A stretch of DNA of 63,536 nt, filler included, from Reclinomonas americana ATCC 50394 (GCA_048213135.1; 47 parts of 47 records of this genome joined end to end with filler, not necessarily neighbours in it); one strand, 5' to 3'. Positions 1 through 12,257 are shown, counted from the whole stretch's first letter. Made by a program: numbers and translations. The notes: generated from the sequence alone by a model not told the origin.

Positions 1-299
1 AGGGGGGAGAGGGATCTTCCGTTGCGGTTTCAGCTTGAGCATATGGAACCTTGTGTGACGCAGACGATGCGAGAGAAGGGAGTGGTGGCGGTGGCGGTGG
101 CGGTGGTGGTAGGAGAGTGATAGTCAGCGAGTCACGCCACATATGTGTCCTACTTGTTGTTTGTCTGTGTTTTCTGCTGACCCTCTGGCTTATCATGTGC
201 GCCGATTCTTCCGTCCCGCTGCGGTGAGTGACAGCATCGACACGTAGTCTAGCCTCATTATTGTGTCGCCACTCTGAGAGCATTCACCACCACAACAAG

Positions 300-910
300 A
301 TGACCCTGTCACGCGCATTCGCTTCCGATCCGTTCGAGGACTTCAATCGCATGCTGACGAGCCCATTCTTCACCGGCGCCGGCGGCGTCGGCTCTTCCAT
401 GTGGCCGTCGACCGTCGGTACCACCACCGGAACCACCATGTGGTACCCGCGGTGCGACCTGTTCGAGACGGAAGACTCGTTGAACATTGTGGCCGAGGTG
501 CCGGGTGTGCCCAAGGTTTCTCAGAGCAGCCACCGATTCGATATTCCTCCCACCACCTGCTTGTCTCACCATCTCCTTCATCGGCCGCTGCAGGAAAACG
601 TCAAGCTGGAGATCGACAAGGACGTGCTGACGCTCAGCGGTCAGCACCAGCAAGAGAAGCGCGACGATTCGCAGACTGTTGCGTCAGCAAGTGGAATGCA
701 GACACACAGAGGGGATAGTTTCTAACACGAGAGTGACAGTGGCATCGCGTGGAGCGCCAGTACGGATCGTTTGTGCGCTCGTTCCGCCTGCCCGACTATG
801 TGGACCAGAATGCGATCCAGGCCAACTTTGAGAACGGCGTGCTCAACGTGCGCATTCCGAAGAAGGACAAGGAGGAATCGCGCACAGCGCGCAAGATCAA
901 CGTCACTTGA
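300..910 (+). CDS. Small heat shock protein (HSP20/alpha-crystallin), 3 exons: 300-515, 594-677, 740-910
   Basis: Spliced product contains PRCDLFETEDSLNIVAEVPGVPK-ENVKLEIDKDVLTLSG and WHRVERQYGSFVRSFRLP..IQANFENGVLNVRIPK; GT-AG introns 516-593 and 678-739, with a CTAAC branch site at 722. Confidence 0.95.
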
Positions 911-1264
911 AGAAGAGGAAGGACCGCAAGTGCGTGATAGTGGTCGGCGTTTCCTTGCAACGGCTATGTTTACGAATGAAAATTTGACTGCGTCCTCTTT
1001 GTCTGTGCGTCGCGTGTGTGCGTCAAATGGATCCCGATCTGGCAGAGGAGTGTATCGATAGTTGAGTGCTCGAACACACCGCGCGCGTGTGTCTGTGTGT
1101 GTGCGCGTGTGTGCGTGTTCTGTTTGCGTGCGATGGGACATGACTGACCGTTGCACACACGTACAGCCACCATCAAGATCATTGTGGTGGTACGTTTCTC
1201 TCCTCCTCCTCCAACCACCACCACCACACGCACAGTTGTCTCTATGTATGTGTGTGAGTGAGTT

Positions 1265-1364
1265 NNNNNNNNNNNNNNNNNNNNNNNNNNNNNNNNNNNN
1301 NNNNNNNNTTAATTAATTAANNNNNNNNNNNNNNNNNNNNNNNNNNNNNNNNNNNNNNNNNNNN
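1265..1364. other. Artificial contig-joining linker (first of 46 identical spacers)
   Basis: 44 N + TTAATTAATTAA (stops in all six frames) + 44 N, recurring about every 1.35 kb; composition and taxonomy change abruptly across linkers. Confidence 0.99.
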
Positions 1365-1663
1365 AAGCAGAAGGGTCTCTCTCTCTCACACACACACCAC
1401 CAACGGTCGCGACAATCACAATGTGCGCCCGCAAAACCCAACGCCACAACGTGTCGCCGGTGAAACCTGGTGCCCGAAACCAGGGCTCCACACAGCAACA
1501 TGAATGCGGGGCGTCGACAGCGAGACACATCCGGTGCGTCTCCGAAGGCGGCGGAAAGACATCACAATGAGAGGAGAGGGGGAAAATGGACAACGTACAT
1601 GAATTCCGAGTGGCATAGGTCGCGAAACAATCATACAGAAGACCAAGGAGAAGAGGCTCGTCA

Positions 1664-2472
1664 TCACAACCGATCGGGTTGCTGGTTGGCCATGCAGCTC
1701 TTGCACACATTCTCGAATAGTCTCTCGATCTCAGCCGCGCAGTGGATGAACGACTTGTGCCAGAAATCGTACCGCGGGTTCTTGACCAACTCGATAAAGG
1801 TGATGAGCAGACCCCACGGATGTGGCCGGTTCACAATCAGTCGCTCCAGCAACACTCTGCACACACATTCGTCAATAGGGAGGGGAGAGAGGAGAGAGAG
1901 AGAGAGAAAGGGAGGGAGCACGCACCGCGTAATCTGCTCCTGAATGTACTCGTCGATTCTCTCGGCGGATCCAAACAGGTACAGCAGCACGCAGCTAAAG
2001 TAGTGCGTGTGCGAGTTCGGGTAGCGCAGCTGGTTCGCGATTCCGTTCAAGAACAGATAGCGACCTGCAAGAAAGAACACAAAGCCAGTGAGTGGACAAG
2101 CCAGCTGATACACGCACACACTCTTGTAGAAGAGCAACCTTCGGCGTCGAGTTTCTTGCACAGCGTCTCGAAAATGGCCATTGGCGCCGAGTCGACCAAC
2201 GAGTGTCCCTCCACATTCAACAGCTTGATCGCCTCAATGCCGGTGTGGTACACCAGGGCATTGATGAGCGACGTGTTGTACGAGTAGCTGCCTGGTGGAC
2301 GAGCGACGCCATCGCTTAGTCTCAACTTGGCCGGCAGTGTCTCCAGGAAGTCGGCCGGTGTCCGGTGCTCGAGGAACTCGTTCAGCGGCTGCAAGAGGCC
2401 AGCGTTCAACAGCGTGTCCTGGTGCAGTGGCAAGACGCGTGGGTGCTGTCGAATCTCGGGAAGCAGGTCCAC
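1664..2472 (-). CDS. CNOT1: CCR4-NOT subunit 1, C-terminal exons (partial)
   Basis: [23 protein letters not shown] and [30 protein letters not shown] are Not1 C-terminal signatures; interrupted by short introns. Confidence 0.95.
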
Positions 2473-2590
<118 letters not shown>

Positions 2591-4088
2591 CGTACGTACG
2601 TAACCGTACCGTACCGTACCGTCCNNNNNNNNNNNNNNNNNNNNNNNNNNNNNNNNNNNNNNNNNNNNTTAATTAATTAANNNNNNNNNNNNNNNNNNNN
2701 NNNNNNNNNNNNNNNNNNNNNNNNGCTGCCTCGTCTAAACTACGTTGTCTTTTCCCCTTTTTTTTCCTTAACTTTACTTCAGCCTCTCTCTCTCTCTCTC
2801 TCTTATGTCTCCTGCTCTTCGCCCAGGGTTTCTCCTCCACAGCACCACTTCTCCTTCTCATCCCTTTTCCTCTCCTTTCCCTCTTGCCCCCTTCCCCTCA
2901 AGCGCCTCACCATTGAAAAACGCCGACTGCGACTCCCCCCGCAGATTCGGCGGTATCCCCAGCTTCGCATGCGCAAACGTCTTTTCTCGTATTCTCGTGC
3001 CGGAGCTCTCGATCTACAAAGTAGAGAAGGTCAGTGAACTCTCCCTTCCCTGATCCTCCTTCTCCCCACACAGACCTTATCAATAAACGACTTCAAGAAC
3101 TTGCTCATCTTGGAGTATCCACGAAGCAGCTGGGCATTCGGTTCCAATTTCGGCGCCGAGAAGCAGGCGCAGCATTGCGCTGTGCGATACGAGTGAGCAT
3201 TTCGCCATCTCTGTGCTATTCTTCTTCTCCTTGTTCCTCCACGAGCAGGACCGATAAGACGTAAGTGGGTTTCTCGTAGTTTCGCACTCTGTAAACATGA
3301 AAAGAAGGAGGAGCAGGAGGAGCAGGAAGAGGAGAAGAAGGAGGACAAGGAGGAGAAAGACAAGAAGAAGAAGGAGGAGGAGGAGGCGGAGGAGGAGGAG
3401 CAGGAAGAGGAGGAGCAGGAGGAGGAGCAATAGAAAAGAAGAAGAAGGAAAGAAGAAGAAGAGGTAGAACAATAACAAGAAGTGCTAGTTACCGAATGGC
3501 GTACTCAACCTCCTTCTTCATCTTACTCCCTCTCCTTCATCCTTCTCCACCCTCCACTGTCTCTTCTTTCCTTTCTTTCTCCTTCTCCTCCTCCTCCTCA
3601 TCCTTCTCCTCTCCTCCCTCTCCTTCCTCCTCCCTCCCCTTTTCCTCCTCCTCATCATTCGCCCTCTTCTCCTCCTCCTACTTCTCCGTCTTCGTCTTCC
3701 TCCTCCAAAAGCAAAGGAGTGTGAAAGAACAGGACAACTGGAAGAACATTGAAGTGGTTCCTAGTCGTTTCGCACTCTCGAAACCTGAGAAGTAGAAACA
3801 GGAGGAGAAGAAGAAGAAGAAGAAAGAGGAACTGTGAGTTACCGATTGATACTCAACCTCCTCCTCCTCCTTCTCCTTCTCCTCCTCCTTCCCCTCCTCC
3901 CTCTCCTCTCCTTCTCCTCCTCCCTCCACTGTCTCTTTTTCCTCTTTTCTCCCTCTTCTCTCTCCTTTTCTCTCCCCCTCCCCCTCCCNNNNNNNNNNNN
4001 NNNNNNNNNNNNNNNNNNNNNNNNNNNNNNNNTTAATTAATTAANNNNNNNNNNNNNNNNNNNNNNNNNNNNNNNNNNNNNNNNNNNN

Positions 4089-5350
4089 ATGTATTAGCTT
4101 TATCAAATGGTGGTGACAATTCACGTGAGAACCTTCAAGTATTATGCAAGACTTGCCATGATCACAAATCCAATAGAGAGGCGGGTGAAAGGTTATTTAA
4201 CATCGACGGTATAACATCAAGTTACAATAAACAAACCAAAGATGTGTTTTCCAATGCCAAATCAGCACTCAAACGATCCTATGACAATAAGAAGAAAGGA
4301 TATAAAAGAATAGGATTGGATGTTAACAAATGCAGAAGAAATATATTACTAAACAATAAAGATAATTTCTGTGTATTTAGTGTTTTGGATGACTTTGTTA
4401 CATTTAATCAAAAGACAATGTCTAATATCCCAGTTGGTTTTTATGTTGTTAAAACTAATAACTTTGTGCCATTTAATGGAGATGGTTTATACAGTCATCC
4501 AATGGTTAAGTATGGACTAGAAGAAAATATTATTAAGTTATCTGATATACAATACTATTTAAAACCTAGTTTACAATTAAATGCAGATTACTTTAAGAAG
4601 TTTATTATGTACATTGTTGAGAATGTAAAAAATGAAGGTGTGTGCAAACTTATGATTAATGCATTCATAGGCACACTTGGAAGCAAAATGACTATCAAGA
4701 CAGAATCCAAACTAACCAAATCATTACAAGATGTTAGTTATCAATATTTTAATAAAGAAGGGTTGATAGTTAGAAAACACAATGTTGATGCTATTACAAA
4801 TAACAAGTTCATGGCAAAAGATAAAGAGTGTAATACTATCTTTGAGGTATCAACAAGAATGATGACAAAGAATGATGATAGCACAACACCAATATTTAAT
4901 CAAATCCTCGATATGGAGGCCATTGAAATACATAAGATGAAGAAGACATTAGAGTCTCTTGGTGGTGAAATTGTACATATTAATACTGATTGTGTTGTGG
5001 CACAATATCCAAAGAAACAACCAGTCGAAAAGAAGTTAATCTCACATAAGAAGAATATTGAAACTGAAATAAATAGAATTATAGAAAATACGTTCTGGGA
5101 TGATGACAGAACCATAAGAAAATATAAAGAAGAACATAAGATCATTGGTCGCTTTAGTGAGAAGAACAATGATTTTTCATTTAAATTGCAAAATGCAGAG
5201 TATGAAATCATTAATGACCCCCTTAATAATGATTTTGATGACTTTGCTAAAAAGCTTATCGCGTTAGGGAAATCTTTCCAAGTGCAAGGAAGAGCAGGCA
5301 CAGGAAAGAGTACTTTAATGCATAGTATCATCAAATACTTGAAAGCAAAA
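4089..5350 (+). CDS. Virus/Polinton-like fusion protein: HNH endonuclease + divergent family B DNA polymerase palm + start of a P-loop helicase (partial at both ends)
   Basis: Frame open from 4091: VLALSNGGDNSRENLQVLCKTCHDHK (HNH), IGLDVNKC (motif A-like), KLMINAFIGTLG (motif B), HINTDCVV (motif C-like), VQGRAGTGKSTL (Walker A); AT-rich and intronless. Confidence 0.8.
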
Positions 5351-5450
5351 NNNNNNNNNNNNNNNNNNNNNNNNNNNNNNNNNNNNNNNNNNNNTTAATT
5401 AATTAANNNNNNNNNNNNNNNNNNNNNNNNNNNNNNNNNNNNNNNNNNNN

Positions 5451-5666
5451 GGCGGAGCCCGTCCAGACGCCGAAAACGCTCCCGATAAGCCATGCCGGGT
5501 CGCCCGTGGCGCGCTTGACAATGACGGGGGCGGCCGCCGTCGCGCACGCGCTGACCTGCGCGACGACGGCTTCGGGAACACCTGCGGCCTTGAGCGTTCG
5601 GGTGAGCCCCGCCTGCAATGGAGCGATCAGGAAAAACGAGACAAGTGCGGAGAGCACGGCGTCCAT
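5451..5666 (-). CDS. Bacterial hypothetical protein, N-terminal part
   Basis: MDAVLSALVSFFLIAPLQAG..., downstream of and co-oriented with the CDF transporter; runs off the contig. Confidence 0.55.
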
Positions 5667-5754
5667 GTCGGTATGGCCTGCTGTTTGCGATGAATGAGGA
5701 AGCTGAGAGGGGGCAAGGTGACGCTGACCCAACTCTAACCGTGCGATGGTCGCG

Positions 5755-6666
5755 TCAAATGCGCAGAGGGGTCTCGCCGGCCCGCAGGGCCGCATCCTCG
5801 ATCTGGATCGTGGTGTGGTCGAGCTTGAAATCAACGCGCATGGCCGTCTGAGCGCGTTCCAGGACCGTCCGGGAAAGGCTCATATCAAAGATCGCGAGAT
5901 GGCAGCTCATCGCATCAAGGCCCGATGTGACGGTCCAGACATGAAGGTCGTGTACGGCATCCACGCCCGGGATCGCGGCGAGCCGCTTCTCGAGCAGTTT
6001 GAGGTCGACTTTCGGTGGAGTTCCCTCCATCAGGATATGCACCGCCTGCTTGAGAAGGATCCAGGTGCGCGGCACGATGAACAGTCCGATGCCGGCGCCG
6101 ATGATCGGATCGACCAGCGTCCAGCTTGTCAGAAGCACGACCACCGCCGCGACGATGACGCCAAGCGAGCCGAGCATGTCGCTCAGCACCTCGAAATAGG
6201 CGCCCTTGACATTGATGCTTTCCGATGAGCCCCCCGAGAGCAGCTTCATGCTGATCAGGTTCACGATCAGGCCGATGACGGCGACGACCAGCATCGGCCC
6301 GCCGATGATCTCGGGCGGATTTTGAAAGCGCTTATAGGCCTCGAAAAGGATATAGACGGTGAGAAGCAGCAGCACTACGGCGTTGGTCAAAGCCGAGAGC
6401 ACTTCCGAGCGGACGTAGCCATAGGTCGCTTGTGGCGTCGCGGGCCTCTCCGCAAAGCGGATCGCGATCAATGCCAGCGCCAGACCACCTGCGTCGGTCA
6501 GCATATGCGCCGCGTCGGCGAGGAGCGCGAGGCTCCCTGTCCAGAGCCCGCCGATCACCTCTGCCGCCATGAAGCTTGCCGTCAGCGCGAGCGCCATGGC
6601 CAGACGACGCTTGTGCTTGGCGGCCGCCGTACCCGACGGCGGTTCGGTCGCCTGCAAATCGCTCAT
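5755..6666 (-). CDS. czcD: Cation diffusion facilitator (Co/Zn/Cd efflux)
   Basis: SLALLADAAHMLTD, TYGYVRSEVLSALTN, HDLHVWT and HTTIQIE motifs; GAGGA RBS before the ATG at 6666; proteobacterial-like. Confidence 0.93.
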   Translation of the reverse strand: MSDLQATEPPSGTAAAKHKRRLAMALALTASFMAAEVIGGLWTGSLALLADAAHMLTDAGGLALALIAIRFAERPATPQATYGYVRSEVLSALTNAVVLLLLTVYILFEAYKRFQNPPEIIGGPMLVVAVIGLIVNLISMKLLSGGSSESINVKGAYFEVLSDMLGSLGVIVAAVVVLLTSWTLVDPIIGAGIGLFIVPRTWILLKQAVHILMEGTPPKVDLKLLEKRLAAIPGVDAVHDLHVWTVTSGLDAMSCHLAIFDMSLSRTVLERAQTAMRVDFKLDHTTIQIEDAALRAGETPLRI

Positions 6667-6989
6667 GCAATCTCTTCCTCGTTGGCGTTCCGGTCGCGAC
6701 AACCCAGCGCCNNNNNNNNNNNNNNNNNNNNNNNNNNNNNNNNNNNNNNNNNNNNTTAATTAATTAANNNNNNNNNNNNNNNNNNNNNNNNNNNNNNNNN
6801 NNNNNNNNNNNAACTGCAGGATTTGGCCAGCAAGAAAAAGCGACCGAGCATGTCGGTGCCACCGAGCCCGCCGGCCGTCGACGTGGAGGAGGTGTGTGTG
6901 TCATGCTCTGTGAAGCAGAGCGATGATGTGGACGAGTTTGCTCACCGCGTCGAGTGCAGACCATTCGTGACAAGGGTATGACTGCGCCG

Positions 6990-8072
6990 CATCACTATCG
7001 CCCTGCGGTACACGTGGACGAGTTCGAGTATGCCGACGAGCTCGACACGGACGAGCTGACACCGCAGGAGCTCGATCGCAGGACGTACTTGAGGTGAGAA
7101 AGCAGCAACATGACGGTGGCGCGCATGCCTGTGTCCCTCACCATGTTGCGTTGCAGGTCTCTCTCACGCGACGAGCTGGCCGACGGCACAGCATATCTCG
7201 ACGCTCCACAGTTGCATCCACTCCACTACCATGAACGCTTCTCGTATGAACAAAACTCTCACTGTCTCTTTGCACGACAGCACCATCAAGGGAGGAAGTG
7301 CCGGCAACTCGCGCCCTCATAGTCCCGGACGAAGCGAGGGACGTCGAGTTTCGGTGGAAGAGGAGGAGCTGCGTCGGCGGCTGGAGGAGGCCATGATTGG
7401 ACTGGCCGTGGGTGCACCGTCGGCGCCCGCTCCTGGTGAGCCACCACCCGGGTGTGTGTCATGTGCATGAGATTGTTGTGTCGCCTTATCGTCTGCACGA
7501 CAGTCAATCGTCTGGTGCGCGTGTCTACCGACCCCGGCATCCTGCGGCGACAAGGCTCGACTTTCCGCGGCGATCCGGCATTCGAAAGAAGGAATTCGGC
7601 CGCCAGTGGCGGCGGTGGTGCGGCCATCCCCTCCTTCCGCGAGGCTCGTCGATCGGTGGCACGAGTGAGCATCGCACCCGGTGCCAGTGGCATGCCGCCA
7701 CTGGTGCGCTCATCGTCCACATCGAGTGCTGGTGGAGTGCAGTTCCCCCCCATCACTCGAGGAAACAGTCAGGTGAGAGGGACGGGAGGGAAACTGCTGC
7801 CTGCCGTGTCGCATTTCTCTGATAGATGTGTGTGTAGAGCTCACTGACGGCCGGCGGCGCACTGGCACGACGGAGTTCGCGATTCCGTTTGGCGCGACAG
7901 AACTCGTCACAGCGCACACTGGACGACCTTGCCGCCCCACGGCGCGTCGGCAGTGACAGCTCACTCGGACCATCCATGCGTCCAGGCGACATCAACTCTG
8001 CCACCCTCGACGTATGGAAGCAAGAGTTCCGCAAGCAGCAGAGTCTCCGTCGCCTCTCTGCTGCCACCTCCG
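6990..8072 (+). CDS. Eukaryotic hypothetical protein, multi-exon fragment
   Basis: Coding-like blocks (VHVDEFEYADELDTDELTPQELDRRTYLR; DINSATLDVWKQEFRKQQSLRR) separated by GT-AG introns; family not recognised. Confidence 0.4.
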
Positions 8073-8172
8073 NNNNNNNNNNNNNNNNNNNNNNNNNNNN
8101 NNNNNNNNNNNNNNNNTTAATTAATTAANNNNNNNNNNNNNNNNNNNNNNNNNNNNNNNNNNNNNNNNNNNN

Positions 8173-9433
8173 ACGTCGTGATCATCGCGATATGCAGACG
8201 ATTGAGGAACACTTGTCGACTCTCTCGCTCGCTTCCGCATCCGTTACAGAGACCCTCACGTTCTTGAATCGCCTCTGCGTGCGACGTCAGAATCGTTTCA
8301 TTGAGACAATGCGTGCCGCTGACAAGCGGAAGACCTACTCGGAGGGCATGGCTTCCATTGAGACCATTCTTGCAAGAATAGTGTGCCAGGACACATCAAC
8401 AACTGCAGCCGCCGATCCAAGTCAGCAGCACCACGAGCGTGGACAGGAGCCGGCCATGGGTCTCGCTTCGAGTGCAGCAGCAGGCCTCGCATTTGTCCGC
8501 GATTTGCGACCGCTTCTGTTGGCGCGTGCGACGTCCGTTGTAGGCAACAGCGACAGTGGTGGTCACAGTGCAGTTGCTGACCATGACATGATCGAGACGG
8601 ACATCGATCCAGCAGCAGGAAGTGCTGCTGCTCAGCAACATGCCGGCACCTTTGTTGGTATCAGCGTGGGGACGCACGAGATTGGTCATGGTGAGAACTT
8701 GCTGTGGGACCGTGTTGATGTGCAGCTGGCTGCAATATCTGATGCGATCAGAAACCACCGTGTACAGACGCAGATGCCGGCGGCCGCGGTGGTGACCATG
8801 AGCAAGACAACGGCAATAGCGCTGACGAAGATGGTGAGTGTATTTTTGCAGCGCGGATACTCTCGAGAGCTCTCTCACGCACATCGTGAGAACTGTCAAT
8901 ACATGTAAGATGACTGACGCATGCAATATACACACGTACTCTCGACAACACAGAATCAGCAACAGCGAGTGACGGTGGTGCTGGCAAGAAGAATGGCAAG
9001 AAAAAGAGGGGCAAGAGTCGAAAGCAAAGGCAAAAGGAGGTGGATGGTTTGTAGTCTATCCTTCTTTGCGTATTTGTCGACATGTCGACAGCAGCATGCA
9101 GTAACTGACATTATTGTGCATATATAGACACTATTGAGTTCCAACTCAATGGAGCAATATGCGAGGCCATCAATGCTTACGGCCAAGCGCCTCCCGGCGT
9201 GGACATCGACGCTGAATGCACACGCATCGCAATTACTCTTCTCTCAGAAATAGATCAAGCACGACGTGTACTGGATCTGAATGCGGAGGAGGACATGGCA
9301 GGTGACGACGCTGCTGAACTGGAGCTGGCTCGGCAACTTCGGCTTGCCCGCGTTTCATCAGCATTGCTTGATGTGATGAATGCGGCCGCCAATATGTCCA
9401 TGGCATTGTCGGGAGTCTGTCACACAATGCGAG
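8173..9433 (+). CDS. Eukaryotic hypothetical helical protein, multi-exon fragment
   Basis: 238-aa ORF ending after a GTGAGT donor near 8834, plus later exons (VDIDAECTRIAITLLSEIDQARRVL). Confidence 0.45.
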
Positions 9434-9594
9434 NNNNNNNNNNNNNNNNNNNNNNNNNNNNNNNNNNNNNNNNNNNNTTAATTAATTAANNNNNNNNNNN
9501 NNNNNNNNNNNNNNNNNNNNNNNNNNNNNNNNNGCCCTCGTCTGCACACGACAGTGAGTGAGACACACACACACAACGAAGGAAAAGCGCGCGA

Positions 9595-9699
9595 ACCGAT
9601 GCGATATGCAGGCGCCTGTGGTGGCACAGAGGCCGCCGAGGTGAACAGGCGAGTAGGCGTCAATGTAGGCGCACGCCTGAGCAACTGGCGCAAGAACAT
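9595..9699 (-). CDS. First exon of a probable mitochondrial protein
   Basis: MFLRQLLRRAPTLTPTRLFTSAAS is Arg/Leu/Thr-rich with no acidic residues, like a presequence. Confidence 0.55.
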
Positions 9700-9857
9700 C
9701 GCACCCAGAGAGAGAAGAACGACGACGGAGACAAACTCGCGCGGTCCTGCCTATCACACTCACACAGCGATGTTTGCCAGTGCGTTCGTTGCTCTCACGT
9801 CTTGTGCGCGTGTGTGTGTTGTGTTTATATGAGCGCGCAGGTGGATCGTTGCCTCGT

Positions 9858-10358
9858 ATGACCGCGGAGGGACCGCGTGGAGTAGATGCCTCCGCGGCTA
9901 TGGCCAGTGCTGCCGAGCGCGAGGCGCAAGTCGGCATGCTGCGTGCGATGATGCACGACCACGCAGACTTCATGCGACGGTGAGTGCGCGCGAGTGAGAG
10001 CACACAAAAGAAGAGAATGCTCACTCTCTCTGTCAAAGAATGCTGCGATCGTGCCACAACAAGTGCATTCCGAGCACGTACAAGAACGTGGAGCTGGAGC
10101 TGGGCGAGTCCATCTGCACCGATCGATGCGTGTACAAGTACTCGCAAGTGAACAGCAAGGTGAAACGTATAAGACTGATGATGTTTTGGTGTTCATTCTC
10201 ACACCCTTGGCATATAGGTGCTTGGCATGTTCCAGGAGCAGTTCCAGCAAGCGCAAAAGGAGGTAATGGCGGCCACTGGTGCCACGGGACCTGCCTCGGT
10301 GGCTGCAGCCGCGGCCGCGGTCTCGGGAGTCGGCGCAGTGCCTTCCTCGCGGACGTGA
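9858..10358 (+). CDS. TIM10: Mitochondrial small Tim chaperone (Tim10-like), exons 9858-9979, 10039-10159, 10218-10358
   Basis: Twin CX3C motif CHNKC...LELGESICTDRCVYKY; both introns are GT-AG and phase-consistent. Confidence 0.85.
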
Positions 10359-11039
10359 TGGTCCTTGTTCGTTGTTAGCTAGCTTCGTTATAGAGACATA
10401 GGCAAGAGTCCAAGCGCCCAATGCACTCGTTTGGCGGTGTGTCAGTTGATGCGGTAGACTTGCTGATCGCCACCAGTGCGCTCCTGTGCGACAGTGAGCA
10501 AGCCTCGCATGCCTGCTTTTGTGTGTGTGTCGCAACTGCAAAGGCCTCTGGTTCAGTGACGACTGCGCGGACCACACGCGCGGCGGCATCGAGCACGCGT
10601 TGCCAGTGTGCGCCCAGTGGCTCCTCATCGACGAGTCCCCATATGACCACGCAGCGCCACAAGGCCCACTCGACCAGTGGCCGCGCGTGGCCTGTGTAGT
10701 ACAGTGCGCGCATGAGGAGCACAAAGTCGACGAGACGCAGTGTGCGTCGGAGCATTACGCGCGTGCAAGACAGAGCGAGCACAGTTGTTCACATNNNNNN
10801 NNNNNNNNNNNNNNNNNNNNNNNNNNNNNNNNNNNNNNTTAATTAATTAANNNNNNNNNNNNNNNNNNNNNNNNNNNNNNNNNNNNNNNNNNNNATTGTG
10901 AGAGGAATCACCACAAGACTGAAGGCATCAGAAGCTGAGAGACAAAGCATCATTGACTTGTGAATCCAACTCCTCTCTCTCTCCCACTCTCTCCCCCCCC
11001 CCCCTCCTCTCTCCCTCCTCCCCTCTCCCTCCCTCTCTC

Positions 11040-11230
11040 TCACTCAACAATCGCTTCCTGCGCTCCTCCGCGCGCTCCTTACTAAACACATCCTTGAAGA
11101 ACAATCGTCGCTGTTGCTGTTGCTGCTGCTGCAACGCAACAACCGCCGACTTTACCACATTCGCCTTATAATTACTCGCACACACAAACAACGACGCCAA
11201 TGGCAGCGCTCGGCGCACAGAGAACAGCAT
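11040..11230 (-). CDS. Possible first exon of a mitochondrial protein (weak ATP10-like resemblance)
   Basis: MLFSVRRALPLASLF...RRLFFKDVFSKERAEERRKRL: presequence-like start followed by a GA-rich intron. Confidence 0.3.
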
Positions 11231-11857
11231 GAAAACGATAGGAACAGGACAGGGGGGTAGCAACCTTGTCATGACGTCACTGTCCCCCATTTTTTCACCT
11301 CGTTTCGGAGGTGTCCCCCAACCCTCACCATGTCTCGCAACCTGTGCACGTCCGACTTGCACAGGCGCCCACCGTTAAAAAGTCCCGTTCCCAGTTGGTA
11401 AAAAAGGGGTGTCCTCGTGTCCCCCTACCCCTGACTTGTTTCTGTTGTATTGTTTGTGATGAGGAGAGGGAGAGCGCGTGTGTGTGATCTGCTGCTGCTG
11501 CCCTCCAGTGCACTTTGTGTGCATGTGTGCTTGTTGTTGGTTGTGCTGGTGTGCCCGTTGGTGACGAGTGGTGAGTGATCGGACACGCGTGTGTGTTTGT
11601 GTGTGTCGCTCGCTCATTGTGTGTGTGTGTCGCGCAGGTGCGCTGGTGTTCTCTTTCAAGCCTCTTGCGGTGCGCAGTGGCACCTCTGATGCTGTCACTA
11701 TCTCGGGATCGTTGCGGATCGATGCATGCATTGAGTGTGATCACTCAATCATTGACTCTTTTTCTCCCTCCCCTCCTCCTCCTCCTCCTCTTCTTCTTGT
11801 TATTCTTCCTCCCCTCCTATTTCTTCTATTCCTCCCCCTCCTTCGTCTCTTCTTCCT

Positions 11858-11889
<32 letters not shown>

Positions 11890-12257
11890 TTGTTCTTACT
11901 CGTCTTCTCCTCTCCTCCTTCTTCTCTTCCCCCTCGCTCCTCCTCCTCGTCCTCCTCCTCCTCCTCCTCCTCCTCCTCCTCCTCCTCCTCCTCCTTGTTC
12001 TTGCTCTTCTTATTCTTCTTCTTCGTGCTTGCTTCTCCTTCTCCGTCTTCTTCTTCTTCGTCTTCTCCTCCTCCTCTTCCTTTCTTCTTCTCTCCATCTC
12101 ATTCTTCTTCTTCTTCTTCTTCTTCTTCTTCTTCTTCTTCTTCTTCTTCTTCTTCTTNNNNNNNNNNNNNNNNNNNNNNNNNNNNNNNNNNNNNNNNNNN
12201 NTTAATTAATTAANNNNNNNNNNNNNNNNNNNNNNNNNNNNNNNNNNNNNNNNNNNN

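Noticed and set aside
5451..6711. Horizontal transfer of czcD or other bacterial genes into the protist
   Set aside because: No introns, RBS present and no physical linkage to host sequence; co-assembly is the simpler explanation.
11568..12213. Poly-L/S/F/R/E and (HT)n/(CV)n ORFs (also 2234-2680, 3031-4040, 14579-14931, 43473-44722)
   Set aside because: Translations of microsatellite or purine/pyrimidine-skewed low-complexity DNA.
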